64,000 nucleotides of DNA from Tubiluchus corallicola (GCA_030141605.1 JAQGDQ010000002.1:496001-560000), one strand, 5' to 3'. Counted from the first letter of the stretch, positions 39,893 through 52,653 are shown. The notes: generated from the sequence alone by a model not told the origin. Program-made: numbers and translations.

Positions 39893-41716
39893 TTACCATA
39901 AAAACCTATACTGTTTTTAATTGTTCTGTGGTGGAGATAATCATTTTCCTTTTTAACATTTAAGATAATGTGTTAGAAGGCCCGGTTGTTTGACTGGTTG
40001 TGTTATTTTAATATTGGAATTTTAAAACTAAGGCAGGAGAATGTGTTGTGATTTTAAGGAAGTTTAATTGAAAGTTGCTGACGAATATAGATTGTGAACA
40101 ATTGCTATATATGGTGAATAATTGTATTTCCTTGGTAACCATGTAACAGTGAAATGGTGGTTTCTATGCAATGGTGAAATGCATATATGTGTAAAATAAC
40201 TTAGATTTTTTTACGTTGTATATAATTTTTATATTGGTGACGTATTGTTAGTGTCGTATATTGATTCTAATATTTTATTCTGTATGATAATAGTTAAAAA
40301 TTCATAACAATATAAGCACAGTGTTCATAACATTGTGGAAATTTTAGGAAAAATAATTTTTCCAACTAATCTTTTCGAAATATCTTCCTCTTATTTTTAA
40401 ATGTATAGAAATGCACTTAAGATAGAAATTCAGCTGCTTACCATGGTTCTTGGTATTTGGCATTCTTGCACATTAGTAACAAGATCACAGCAAAATCATG
40501 TTTTTCTTCAAATATCATACGGTATAACTAAAATTGATGACTGCTTGTTAGAGCCCAGAGTTTTGGCATGCAAATTACTGTTATTTCCAACATTGGCACC
40601 GCCATTTTAATATATTATTAAAACTTGTTTTATCTTTGCTATTTATGACGGCTTGAGAAACTGTTTTCTTTACAGTTTGTTGAACAAAGCTCGGTGTATT
40701 ATATCAGTTTTATTAAATTTGGTGATTTGTCTTTTACGTATATATTTAGAGAATTGATTGTTCATTGTAATGTTTCATATTTAAAATCTGCACGTTTTCA
40801 CTTGATGTTTTACCGTAAGTGTAAATACTACCGTATATATGTTTTTCTTTTAGCCAATACTTTTAATTTTCTTTGCTTTTTCAGCAAGCGCATGGAGAGA
40901 ATTAAAAATACGGAACATTTCTGAATCATCACTTTTGTGTATTGTTTATTAGTTTCAGCAGTAACACATTTTTATTCTATTTACAATAATTTTTCTGTAT
41001 ATGTCTCAAGCCAGATTTTGGATTTTGCTGAGTCGATATAGACTACATTGTGTAGAATCAAGCAAAACAAACTTCAAGCATTTACTATTAATCAGCTGGA
41101 GAATAAAACTGAGTATTTTTTGGTTTTTTAGCTCATTTGACGTCGTTGTATTGTGAAAAACAACTCTGCTAATAGGTAAAAAACCACATTACTTTTATAG
41201 CCACTATAAACATTAGGATATGCACTTGAATTTGGTGCAGAACCTGTCTTGGACATTCTTAAGCAGCATTGCCACTGTCATTTCCATTCAAACACTGTTT
41301 TAATGTACTTGTACAGACTGTAAAATATTGTAAGCTAAACTGCCAAGTAAACAAAACCACTAATTCATGTACAGTCAAATATTATATAAACACTATGGAG
41401 TCTATGTGTTTTCTATGGCTAATGTATTTCTCTGTTGTAATATGAACTACTAAATTTATGAATTTAACAGGAAGTATAAACTTGTTATTACCAACTGAAT
41501 CATGAAACGTGTACAAAGGAGTATAGTTATTTATAGCCAGTTACTAAACGTTAATGTTTTGTATGTATAAAACATATCTGTGAGTACTGCCCGACATGTT
41601 GTACATACTTATTTTAATGGACTAAAAACACGAACAATGTTAATTTCACTTGAAATGATTTGTAAAGCATAAAAGTTTCAGAATATATATGTGAAATTCG
41701 TCTTATCTTGTTTCAT

Positions 41717-41747
41717 AATAAACATCAAATTTTATTACTACAATAAA
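41717..41747. terminator. Cluster of putative poly(A) signals on both strands (MPP5 and TRNT1 3' ends)
   Basis: AATAAA on + at 41717 and 41742; AATAAA on - at 41731-41736; lies between the convergent stop codons. Confidence 0.4.
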
Positions 41748-42030
41748 ATGCTTGACTGATTATTTTTATACAAGGATGTAAACTTGGTTACCATAACCTC
41801 CAGCAAAGATAAAAAATAAAGGGCACTAACTAGGCTAAACTAGCTATCTTGTGTAAAGCAGTAAAGCCCATGGTGTACTAAAAACAAATTCTATAAATCA
41901 TCACATCGATCGCTGTGTATTTGCCTTGCAGAAAGTTTTCATGAAATCGGCAATTGGTTGAACAATTGAATGTTTTTAAATAACTAAACTATCACAGGCC
42001 CTCTTATCATGCAGCACAACAGTACGTTTT

Positions 42031-42498
42031 TTAGCTAGTACCTGCACCTGTCTTTTTAGGTGTTTCAGTTGTTTTCTTTAAATACTTATCTTTTACATCG
42101 TCTATTAGATCTAAGAGTTCGTCTGCTGTTAAGCTAAAGTCACTTTGTATCCACGCATCTCGTAGTTCTTCATAAATGCGAGAGATGGCTCTACTTTTTG
42201 GCACACCGCGATTCATTATCATTCCACCAGTGACTGGGAATTTAGGTGGATGCCATGCATGGAAATTACTAAGTAAACTGACTGCTCCGTGATATTTAAG
42301 CAGTTCTGAACACCGATCCAGTACTTTTCCAATATTGTCTTTGCGGTATGTTTCCATAACTAAATGTTTTAGTGGAGACAGTGCATCATCTGAAGCATGA
42401 TTATCAATCAGCCAGAGGTCACTACGATGAGTCACAATGAACAATCCAAGATTTCGGTCATCGTTAGAAAGTTTTACCCTTTCATCAAACTTGTATAC
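42031..42498 (-). CDS. TRNT1: TRNT1 terminal coding exon
   Basis: taccag| VYKFDERVKLSNDDRNLGLFIVTHR...ELLKYHG...PKFPVTG...W..SDF...TAA. Confidence 0.93.
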   Translation of the reverse strand, partial: VYKFDERVKLSNDDRNLGLFIVTHRSDLWLIDNHASDDALSPLKHLVMETYRKDNIGKVLDRCSELLKYHGAVSLLSNFHAWHPPKFPVTGGMIMNRGVPKSRAISRIYEELRDAWIQSDFSLTADELLDLIDDVKDKYLKKTTETPKKTGAGTS

Positions 42499-43174
42499 CT
42501 GGTAAAAAACATATACTTACACATAACTGCCTGCAACAAGCAAATCATAATGATATAAAACATCAAAAAGGAGTATCATTTTGATTAATCTATCAAGCTA
42601 AAAAACTACAACTTCATCACTTTCATTGGCAAAGTATTAACGTAACAAAAAGATTAAATTTGTTGTGTAAAATTTGACACCAGGTTGTTAAAATTATCCT
42701 CCTTACACAGTTTTAATATTGCCTCATATTAATCTGAAATGCAAAATTCACATACCATATACCTAACTATAATGCAAAACTATTATGGTTGTACAAAGAA
42801 AAACTTGTATTTCTATTAATGTTTTCCTTCAAACCAGTTATTTGACCAGACCAGAATAGACTGCAAGAAGATAATCTTGGCAACTTAATGCTATACATCC
42901 ACAAGGGTTATAGACTGGCAGTTGCTGAAATAGGCAGCAAATGCACCTTTTGAGAGCATATAACAATGGCATTTTAATAGCATGATTGTGTATGCACCAA
43001 ATTGCAAGGACGGGTTTTTCGAGTTCAGATTAAGAAAACAAAAACCTGATTATGAAACAACTGTTACTGTGTGAATGTCACAGATAGGGATCGCATTTGA
43101 ATGGTAAGCTCACTTTATCTCGTTAATTAATTTTAGCCATGAGAAATTTATAATAAATTTGTGGTTTGAATCAC

Positions 43175-43287
43175 CTCATCTATGTCGTTCATTATTGATG
43201 AGAGAAGAGTCATTGGCTTCATATGAAATGCTTCACTTCTGTTCCACACAGTACCCAATTCTCTCAAATTTGGACAAGTTGGAAATC
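43175..43287 (-). CDS. TRNT1: TRNT1 coding exon 5
   Basis: tttatag| FPTCPNLREL...KPMTLLSSIMNDIDE |gtgatt; phase 1 to 0. Confidence 0.9.
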
Positions 43288-43737
43288 CTATAAAAACACC
43301 CATAATGCATGACTTCTGAACAAAAATGGCCATTAAAAATAAAAAAATTAAAGAACACAGATTAGACAAACACATTTCTGTAGTAACTGCTAGTGAAGAG
43401 TTCTCCACACGTACATCCATTGCCCAAATAATTATTAATAGAGGAAATCCTCCTAACTATTGATAATACAGTTTCATTTCATTAGCTCAGATCTGCATAA
43501 TTGAGATACATCACTTGTATTTTGATCAACTTACAGCAAATTCTTTAGTTCCCAGAGGTATGAATTGGTCAGAGTTTGTCTTATAATGTTTTTATAGAAT
43601 GAAGATATAAATCTAGCAAAATAAGCAGCATTTAATAGTCACCAATTGGAAATTTATATGAAGCATAGCAGTAGTCATGAAAGCTATCGCCGTTATTTCA
43701 ATAAAGCATGAAATTTTTAAAACAACAAGGAACTTAC

Positions 43738-43845
43738 CAATGTACTGTCCCATTTCAAGCTCTATAATTTTTCTAAGGACTGGTCCTGCAAAGCGACCGC
43801 CAGCAATTTTTTTCAATTCCACCCAAATGCGCTCACCAGAAATTC
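43738..43845 (-). CDS. TRNT1: TRNT1 coding exon 4 (motif E, SGERIWVEL)
   Basis: ttacag| ISGERIWVELKKI...QYI G|gtaagt. Confidence 0.94.
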
Positions 43846-44527
43846 CTGTAAAAATTATCGAGATAAAAAGATTGATGCGGTTGCCAGTACTTTGGCACTG
43901 GTTTGTAGTTTCTCCTGCAAATTGGGAATATACTTATTTACAGAAATACCATTGATAAAAAATTCATGAAGGTCCACCATAAAATTAACGAGATAGCTTA
44001 TCTATCAAGCTTTCAGAAAGCTTAAAATTATACTGCAATTCGCAATTGCTTACAATGAAAACATTGTACATAGTTCACACATAATTTATACCAATCCAGT
44101 CTTGACAGCTAAATACAGTTATATGTTACGTATCACAGTACAGACCAAGTTCATTAAAAGACATTTGCTGTACGCTTGCAAAAAAAAGCCAAATCCAGGC
44201 ACATATTTTGATACAATCAGCCACACTGCAAGATGATACCAAACACGAAATGGCATGCCCAACTATTAAAGCAGATTGGACCAAATTTAAGACTAGAATA
44301 CAGCTCAATATCAAAGGTAATCTTCCATGGAAAGATTCAAAACAGAAAACTCAAAAGCTACCACACTTCTATCTTGAATCTATAGAACCAGAAATTATTA
44401 AATATTTAATGCAAAGACACTGCAACAAAAAATCAATTATCAGCAGTCTGAATTGGCCTGCAAGCAAATTACATATTTCCAATTTCATCACTTTCATGTT
44501 TCTATGAAAATTCCTATTAGCTTATAC

Positions 44528-44911
44528 CTTTTAGTCCTGATACATTATTTCTAATTGTATCTAACACAGCTGGATCGTGTTCATCACAGGTGTTTGCAAT
44601 GCGACCATAAAAGCGGAAGTAGCGGAGTATGCGAAGATAATCTTCCTGTATCCGTAACTTAGCATCGCCAACGAAAGCAACTTTCCGCTGTTCCAAATCA
44701 TCTTTGCCTGAGAAATAATCATACAAGGTCCCATCAAGTCCTAAAAACATTGAATTCACTGTCAGATCTCGACGACTTGCATCAATTTCCCAGTCTCTGG
44801 TGAATTCAACTTCTGCATGTCTTCCATCTGTTACAAGATCAACACGTAGTGTGGTTACTTCATAGTTTGTTTTGTCATTTATACGGGGCGTAACTGTGCC
44901 ATGACTTTCAC
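44528..44911 (-). CDS. TRNT1: TRNT1 coding exon 3 (motifs B-D)
   Basis: ttgtag| ESHGTV...[15 protein letters not shown]...RRDLTVNSM...[18 protein letters not shown]...LK G|gtataa. Confidence 0.96.
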
Positions 44912-46027
44912 CTACAACAAATGACAAATTTGTAAGTTGACCTATTTCTGATTATAACAAATATTATATAAAAGGGCTAAAGAATGTTTGTTAAAAAACT
45001 ATATAAACATTATTCTAAAATTTCCATAAGCTGTATACACTTAGTTACAGATGTTAAATTATACTTTTGTCAAAATCAGTAAAATGCATGCCATGCTTAA
45101 GAAATTCACTTAGTTAAACAAATGATGGGCAAATTATAAAAGTTATTTTTAGATAAATGGTTAGATAAATGATCACATAAATGATCAAATCATTCTGTGT
45201 GTGTACAAAGTACAAACTGGCTTTTTACTTCTGCATACAGAACCTCAAAATTTGTTATTTAAAGACACAGTAATTTCAATAGTTTCACAGTAATTTTAAT
45301 GGTGACACCAATGCGTACACAATGCTAAATTACTAGTAATACTTATTGCACATAACGTCTTGACATCTATTGACAAAAATGATGTAACTGTATAAACTAG
45401 CACCCCTTCAACTGTAGTTTTTAGTAATAGCATTTTAATTTTTTTTTTTATTCAATTTTAATTTCCTGCAAGCAGAAATTCACTACCCAATGTAGATAGT
45501 AGCAGCAAGTGCACAGTGCACTTAATGTAAATGATGGCAGGGTGGACTGCAACTAAATGACAAGAATAATCTACTGAGATGAGACACTGAAACATATGCT
45601 GGGATACAGTCATGCTCTCAAAGAAAGAAATAGCTGTTGCAGTATTGTAAATGAAAGCGCTTAGAACCGGCTTTCTGGTGTACATCCATACATTTACTAA
45701 TTAACCCAAACATTACTTAACTTCATAACCAAACTTTGTGATCATATATAGTCTCCCTTGGCTGAATATGAAAACTAAAATATATCAAAGGGCATCTTTT
45801 AATGCGTTCCAAGACTTCTACTTTTTAAATACTGCCAGTACCAAAATAACACTAGGAAAACTTTCCTAGGTTATCAAATGCAATAAAGATGCCATTTGTG
45901 TGGTCAAATATTAATCATTTAAGACAGATTATAACAAACAAAGGCTGATTTACTTGAAAGTTGAAACCTTTTCTAGCTGCTGTTCAATTAAATCAGAATG
46001 CTACAGTAATTAGAGACAGCACAAAAC

Positions 46028-46210
46028 CTTTTCGATTTATCATCCGAACTTGCTCTCTTGTAAACATAGCCACCATTTCATTTGGCGTGGCTGTAGTAGC
46101 AAAATCAATGTCTTCTGGTACTTTGTTCATAAGCAAATCTCTTACTGCTCCACCAGCAATTCTTAGTTCATAGTTGTACTTCTTAAATAGTTCTGATAGT
46201 GTGATCAGCT
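46028..46210 (-). CDS. TRNT1: TRNT1 coding exon 2 (motif A, GGxVRD and DxD)
   Basis: ttccag| [43 protein letters not shown]...RK G|gttttg. Confidence 0.95.
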
Positions 46211-46578
46211 CTGGAAAAAAACAGTTAAAAATGCTGCAAAACGTGTAAACTGTGCACGTTACATTGCCTGACAGGCACTTGCCACCACTTGATTTATATT
46301 TAACTAGACTCACCAGCTCAGTACTATAAGTCACACTGTGATATTACGGTAAATTAAGTAACGAGAAAAAAACTATTAACATCATAAAAACAAGAATGTA
46401 CATGTATATAGCAATTGTCAAATGTATACAGATGTACGCTTGCAAAAGCATAGTTATTATTAAACAGCTCATTAAAAAAATAAATTTGTTTTATCAGAAA
46501 AAAATCCTTGCAACTTGCAACAATAACTTGCAAACATAACTTAAATAAGGGACAAACATGTATGTAGTGACAGTGTAC

Positions 46579-46732
46579 CTGGTGTAAAAATAGAGCGGAA
46601 TTCTGGAGACTCTAATTTCATCTTAGCTGCACAAGAGTACAACCGCTTCCAGAAATAACGATGACTGCAATCCAAAAAACACCGATGAGGACTCAAGAAA
46701 ATCAAGTACTTCCACAATGCAGACGTTAGCAT
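46579..46732 (-). CDS. TRNT1: TRNT1 coding exon 1 (putative mitochondrial presequence plus MKLESPEF)
   Basis: MLTSALWK...MKLESPEFRSIFTP G|gtacac; resembles the TRNT1 N-terminus MKLQSPEFQSLFT; splice acceptor just upstream (46773-46774). Confidence 0.88.
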
Positions 46733-46869
46733 TACTCATATGCACATTGGCTAGCTTAGAAATTAGATATTACTGAAAATAATAAAAATAGCTGAATATA
46801 AGGCAAATCAGTGTAAAAACTGGGATTCAAATGCATTATTATGATTAGTTGTAAGGCCATGTCATGAAA

Positions 46870-48440
46870 ACATCAATGCAGATTCAAGTCCTTTTAGAAA
46901 TACACACAAATTCTAATAAAACATGGACATGTTAAAGCAAGATAACTGCAGTATGAATGGAAAAATTCTGAAACCCAATATGACAATAGACAAATGAGCA
47001 AATGGAATAGACTTAGTGATTTTGCAACTAATTCTCTTGCAACTAGAATAAAATTATTGAAGACTGAAGGCGGACATAAAACACAGATTTCCTAAAACTA
47101 TAAGATTATAAGGTTAAAAGGATATTGATGATAATTAGGAAAAAACTGAAGTTAAACTTATACCAAAATATAATAGATGGATAGAAAAGAATAACAGAGC
47201 AAAGGATGATATTACTAAGATTACAAATTGAAAATTAAGTCAGGGTTCTTACAGAATTTTAAAATAAATTTCGCTGACTTTTCCCTGACCGAATATCAAT
47301 TTTCCATGACCAAGATAAGCAGAAATTGCATTACCAGTATACATATTCAAATGTTTTTGTGTATGGACATTCATACATATACTGACATATAATTCGACCA
47401 ATCATTATCTTTGGAACAGAAATCGAAACTGGGAACCTGCCATAGCAAAATTTTATTTGAACACAAATCGCTGAAAAATATGTTCGGAAAAATATCGGTT
47501 CACGGTGATTATTTTTGCAACCTTTTCCAATTTCCCTGTTTTTTTTACCAAATTATCTTTTTCCCTGACTTTCCAGGATAGTCTATATTTTTAAGGATTT
47601 TCCCTGACGGTGGGAACCCTGTTAAGTGAAAGAAGATAATGCAAGAACAATACTGAATTCTGTAAAGTGGTTAAAAAGAATGGTGAAAGAGATGATTAGA
47701 GATCTAATCATTTTTGTGAGCTTAGGAAGAGAATGACTGGTAAAAGAAGAGAAGAATGATGCGTAGTTAAAGTAGGTAAAGAAGTGATAAGCTCTGAAGA
47801 AAAGACAAATAGTATAAGTACTACTTAATAATCAGTACTATAAAAACTTGTTGACAATTGAAAAAGGAGAAGAAATGTGGAGTCAGGTTAACAATATTTT
47901 TATGTGTGTAATCTTAAATAGAAGTAAAGAAAAATAAAAGAAAAAATAATAGAAATAAAAGAAGAAGAGTATGACATGACAATGTAATGCAAAAGAATGG
48001 AGCAACGAGATGTTGATGTTTGCTGATACTTAGTGACCATAAAAAAAAGTTTGATTAATATATTAACTGAAGTAGTTAAAATGTATTACAGATCAATGGA
48101 GATATGTTAAAATTACATCTATGTATAAAAATGTCCTAAAAATAGAAAAGGCTTATTTTTTGGTAATATTTTAAGTAAACTGTTGGTAATTACTGCTAAA
48201 GAGTAATGACAAAGTGAATGAAGAAACATTGACAAAGTCAGTGTGGTGGAAGAAGAAAGGCATCGTAGATCGTGTTTTTACTTTACATGGAACCTTACAA
48301 ATGGGTTAATAAAGACTTAAGAATAATATTCTTAGATGTTGAGAACTGTTTTGATATATTGAGATTGAATTTATTGGTGGAAATGTGGATGGATGGTGTT
48401 AAATCAGATGAAATAAATTTTGTCGTCTTTCTTTGGAAGC
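46870..48440 (+). mobile_element. Highly degenerate non-LTR retrotransposon fragment (N-terminal RT region)
   Basis: Purine-rich strand with broken motifs ITSMYK, NILSKL, CGGRR, DRVFTL and IIFLDVENCFD (FLDxxKxFD-like); boundaries approximate. Confidence 0.6.
47241..47621. mobile_element. hAT-like MITE with 6-bp TSD, inserted in the LINE relic
   Basis: TIRs CAGGGTTCTTAC / GTGGGAACCCTG, flanked both sides by TTAAGT; subterminal TTCCCTGAC repeats. Confidence 0.85.
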
Positions 48441-48559
48441 AACTAGGGATGTGTGAGAATGACTAATTTTCCGATCCACAAAAATTTGTTCTGCAAACTT
48501 AAAATCTGCAGTCCGCTAAAAATCCGCATGTTGCTATTAACAGCAAAGATGATATACCA

Positions 48560-49304
48560 TTGTAGGGCGTGGAGTACGCCACTAGCTGAAGTAGGACACT
48601 TCCGCTAAAGTGCATTGTGGAAAAGCAGTGTTGTACAGGGGCAGCCCAAGTAGGGCACAGGTGATTTCTGTCGAGAATCATGACATAACAAAACATAAAA
48701 CTAAATTTGTTTTAGAAAAAAGTAACTTTATAAAAAAGATGGATAGTCCTTGACAATTTACAAAATTAATGTATTTTTTACAATAATATCATCATTATTA
48801 TTAGCTCCATTAATATCATCATAACATTAAACTAAGTATCTGATGCTTTAATGAGAGAAACTATGTTGGGCACGTAACTTGTTAGCCTGTTTACTTAGAA
48901 GAAAACAATTATTTGTCCAAGAGGTAGTGAAACGGATCACGTACCTGTCTGTGAAGCGAAACATAATAAAAAATTGTATACTATAAGCAAATGTTGGATA
49001 TATACCTAAAAAGCAGGTTTATTTCACTTCAAAAATATTAATATTGAAGCCAAATTTAATATTGGCGGTTCTACTAGCTCAGAATAAGGCTCTTTTATTT
49101 TATCATTATGTATAATAAATTACTCAACATGTATTGACGTTTCACGACATGTATTGTTATTATTAAGTAAACAAGAACAACGGATGCTGCCATATGGTTA
49201 ACGACTCAATTCGCGACCTGTCTCTAGTGTCCTACTTGGACAGGCCATATACGACACGTCCTACTTGGGCTAGCCCATGTACGCCAATTGTCCTACTTCA
49301 GCTA
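48560..49304 (+). mobile_element. Non-autonomous TIR element, copy 1
   Basis: Ends ...ACTAGCTGAAGTAGGACAC and TGTCCTACTTCAGCTA; subterminal GTCCTACTTGG repeats; aligns throughout to the reverse complement of 50840-52653. Confidence 0.85.
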
Positions 49305-49429
49305 AGATCCTACTAAACTCCCAACAACCACACCCATGGTGAAACAAGAACACTGATAGGATGGTAGCTTGGGAAGAAAGATTATGGAAGAAAGAGGTGT
49401 CTCTACTGCAAAACCGACCAAAACTGGCT

Positions 49430-50560
49430 AGCTTTTACAGAATGCAATGAAGAATTAAATAATTTCGTGACTGACTGCACAATGCCAATATGAAAATAAA
49501 CTGTCAATGAAGTTTAAGGATAACCCTAAGAAATTCTGTCAAGAGCATGCAAATATGTCAAGAGCAGAACACACGAAGGTAACATCAGCATCCAGAACTT
49601 AATAGACAAGCATAATGCTTGAGCCACACAGAAGACAAACAGAAGGCAGAGTTGCTCAATGTATTTTTCTCTTCAGTATACTGTTGAAGATATGTCAGTA
49701 TTTCCTGTAAAAATGCAAAAACAGTTAGTAACTCAGCCACTTTAAGACGTTTATGTTACAGAATCTGAACTACTGTCAATTTTAAAGAAGATGAGGCCAT
49801 ACAAAGCTGCAAGACCAGATAATATCTTCCCTAGGCCAGTCTTAGAATCTCTACATGAGGTAGTGCAACCCCTTCAGTTAACATCAACAATTCTACTAAG
49901 ACTGGAGAAATCCCATGCGGCTGGAAGACAGCAGATATAATGCCTCTGCACAAAACATGACCAGGAATATCCTTAATAATTACAGGCCTATAAGCTTAAC
50001 TTCAATTATCGGTAAAATCCTGGAAACTATAATCAAGAATGTAAAACTGGAACATTTTTTGCTAATAATCTCTTCAATCATTGCCAACATGGGTGTTTAA
50101 AACGGTGTTCCTGTATAACAAATCTGCTGGACACGATAACGGAATGGTCAATTGCAATGGATAACAACCTAGCAGTAGATACAGTTTCCCACAACAGGTT
50201 AATGATTAAATTGGAAAGTTATGGAGTTAAAGGTAAGAGTGAAAGTCAATAATGAGTATTCAGAATGGTCGGATGTAAACGGTCAAATTGTTCAGGGATC
50301 GATCAGTACTCAGATCATTGCTGTTGTTAATCTACATTGATGACATTCTTGAAATCCCCTGCAGTCCAATTCATCTCTTTGGGGATGACAGTAAACTTTA
50401 CAGAATTCTGCAATCAAAGCAAGATTACAACTTTCTTCAAAAAGACATTTTCCATTTCTAGAATTGGTGTAAACAGTTTCAAATGAGATTTAACCCATCA
50501 AAGTGCCATGTATTACATATAAACAGCAACAAGAACTAGGAATATAGATACTACACGTCA
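49430..50560 (+). mobile_element. Degenerate CR1-like LINE RT fragment
   Basis: Broken frames KAELLNVFFSSV, KAARPDNI, WKTADIMPLHK, NYRPISLTSIIGKILETII, NRLMIKLESYGV, IYIDD, LFGDDSKLY, FNPSKCHVLH. Confidence 0.88.
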
Positions 50561-50839
50561 GATGGAAATAGCATATGTGAACTTCGACCAGTATAAGTCG
50601 AAAAAGATTTTGGAGTATGTGTGGATAACAACCTTCCTTTTGAGCTTTGTACTGCTCACCATCCAGGTGCGAACGGAATAACTCTGAAACCCAGCATGAG
50701 AATGGACAACAGGAAATATAATTAACCGGGTAATTTTGCAGCAAACTCTCCACAAACTGTTAGTAAATTTATTGAAGACTGGAAGCTGACATATTTAATT
50801 CTTCACGTTCATTTGTTCTATCTCGCGCCTAATGCGCAA

Positions 50840-52653
50840 TGTTGTGCGCCGAGTAATCCATTAGCCGAAGTAGGACAATTGGCGTACATGGGCTGCCCAA
50901 GGCAAATAGGACACTAGAGACAGACGCGAACAGAGTCGTTAAGCGTACTGGCACCGTCCGTTGTTCTTGTATACGTAATAATAATAATTAAAAACGTCAA
51001 TACACGTTGAATAAATTATTATACAGCTGGTAAAATAAAGAATTTTATTCTGAGCTGGTAGAATGGACAATATTAAATTTGGTCTCGATATTAATGTTGC
51101 TGAAGTGAAATAAACCCACTTTTTAACGATTTAAACATTTGTTTAAGGTATATCAGTTTTTATTTTGTCTCGCTTCACAGACAAGCAATCCATTTCACTA
51201 CCTTTTGGACAAATAATTGTTTTCTCCTAAGTAAGCGTTCTAGCGATCTATGTGCCCTGCATGGGCTAGCGAGCCATGTACGACAGTGTCTAACATGTTA
51301 CAATACTATTGATATTATTAAAACTAATTGTCTTTGCTTTTCCTAAATGTTAAAAAATACTTTTTCGTGTTGTGAAGGCTTAGCAGCATCTGTTGCATTT
51401 CTAAACTCACAATTATTTCTGTAATGACCGTGTGCATAGTTTCTTTCTTTAAAGCATCAGATACTTAGTTTAATGTTATGATGATTTTAATGGAGCTAAT
51501 AATACTGATGATATGGAGGTGTGGGGCAAATTAACAGAAACAAACTATAAAGAAATAGAAAGTTGGCAAAAAGAAGCCCTAAGATGTATGATGAAGCAAA
51601 AAATTTCTAGGAGTTACTGGTGCCTAATGATGACTTGAGGAGTCTGGCCATTGAGACAAATAATACACTATAAAAAATTAATGTGGTGCCAAAGTGTGCT
51701 GATATCTGAAAATAGAAGAGATGCTAAAAAGATGATGTTGAGTATATGTGACAAAAACATTCCCAGAAGTTGGGGGACAGAAATTAGAGAAATTGCAAGT
51801 ATGTATGATTTAGATATCATTTGTGACAAATGTGGAAAGAATGCAAAGCTTGTTGAATTCACAATGGAGAAAAGAAATTAAAAAGCAGTTAAGCAGTATC
51901 TAGAAGTTGTAGCTGTGAAAAAATGTGATGATATGACAAAACTGAGATTTATGAAAAATACTGTAGGAAATTGGGAACAGGCAATAAATTATGTGATAGA
52001 GTGCGATGAAAAAACTGTGTATGAAATTACTGAATGGAAATTAAATATGATCAAATTAAAGTGTAATTAAAAAAATAAGTGTAAGGATGATTTAATGTAT
52101 CCACTGTGTGTAAAAGAGTGTGATACGACTGAACATCTGCTGAAATGTGAAGTTGCTAAAAAAGTGTTTGGAAATCATGTGGTGATCAAAGAAGATCTAT
52201 GTTTAGTAAACACGAGCACACTAGTAAGAGTCAATGTTTGGACCAGAGAAGTGATAAAATTTAGAGAAACTATGTGGCTCAATGTAGATGTGTAAGAACA
52301 ACAGCATAACAGGATGCAGTTTTCTTTTTGGCTTGCTCCTTTATGATGTGGATATACAGGAGCCTGATAGAAATTTTAGAATAGCCGCTGTGAATCGCCA
52401 GATACTATTGTAAAAAAATGCATTAATTTTGTAAATTGTCAAGGACTATCCATCTTTATTATAAAGTTACCTTTTCTCTAAAACAAATTTAGTTTTATGT
52501 TTTATTATGTCACCATAATTCTCGATTCTCGACTAAAATCGTCAGTGCCCTACTTGGGCTGCCCATGTACGACACTGCTTTTCCGCAAATTTAGCACATG
52601 CGTTTTATCGGAAGTGTCCTACTTCGGCTAGTGGGTTACTCGGCGCCCTACAG
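50840..52653 (-). mobile_element. Non-autonomous TIR element, copy 2 (inverted relative to copy 1; interrupted at 51515-52400)
   Basis: About 35-bp TIRs GCGCCGAGTAATCCATTAGCCGAAGTAGGACA / TGTCCTACTTCGGCTAGTGGGTTACTCGGCGC. Confidence 0.85.
51515..52400 (+). mobile_element. 5'-truncated non-LTR retrotransposon 3' fragment nested in TIR element copy 2
   Basis: EVWGKL..EIESWQKEALR post-RT region and degenerate zinc knuckle (Y/C)PLC..ECDTTEHLLKC; host sequence resumes after a short GATA duplication. Confidence 0.7.

Larger units (their letters stand above)
42031..46732 (-). other. TRNT1: Gene span (CDS): CCA tRNA nucleotidyltransferase 1 (class II CCA-adding enzyme), 6 coding exons, about 469 aa
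   Basis: Motifs [48 protein letters not shown]. Exons sum to 1410 nt in frame. Confidence 0.96.

Noticed and set aside
49225-49304. Spaced GTCCTACTT repeats resembling a CRISPR array
   Set aside because: Subterminal repeats of a TIR transposon in a eukaryotic genome; repeats too short, spacers related to each other, no cas genes
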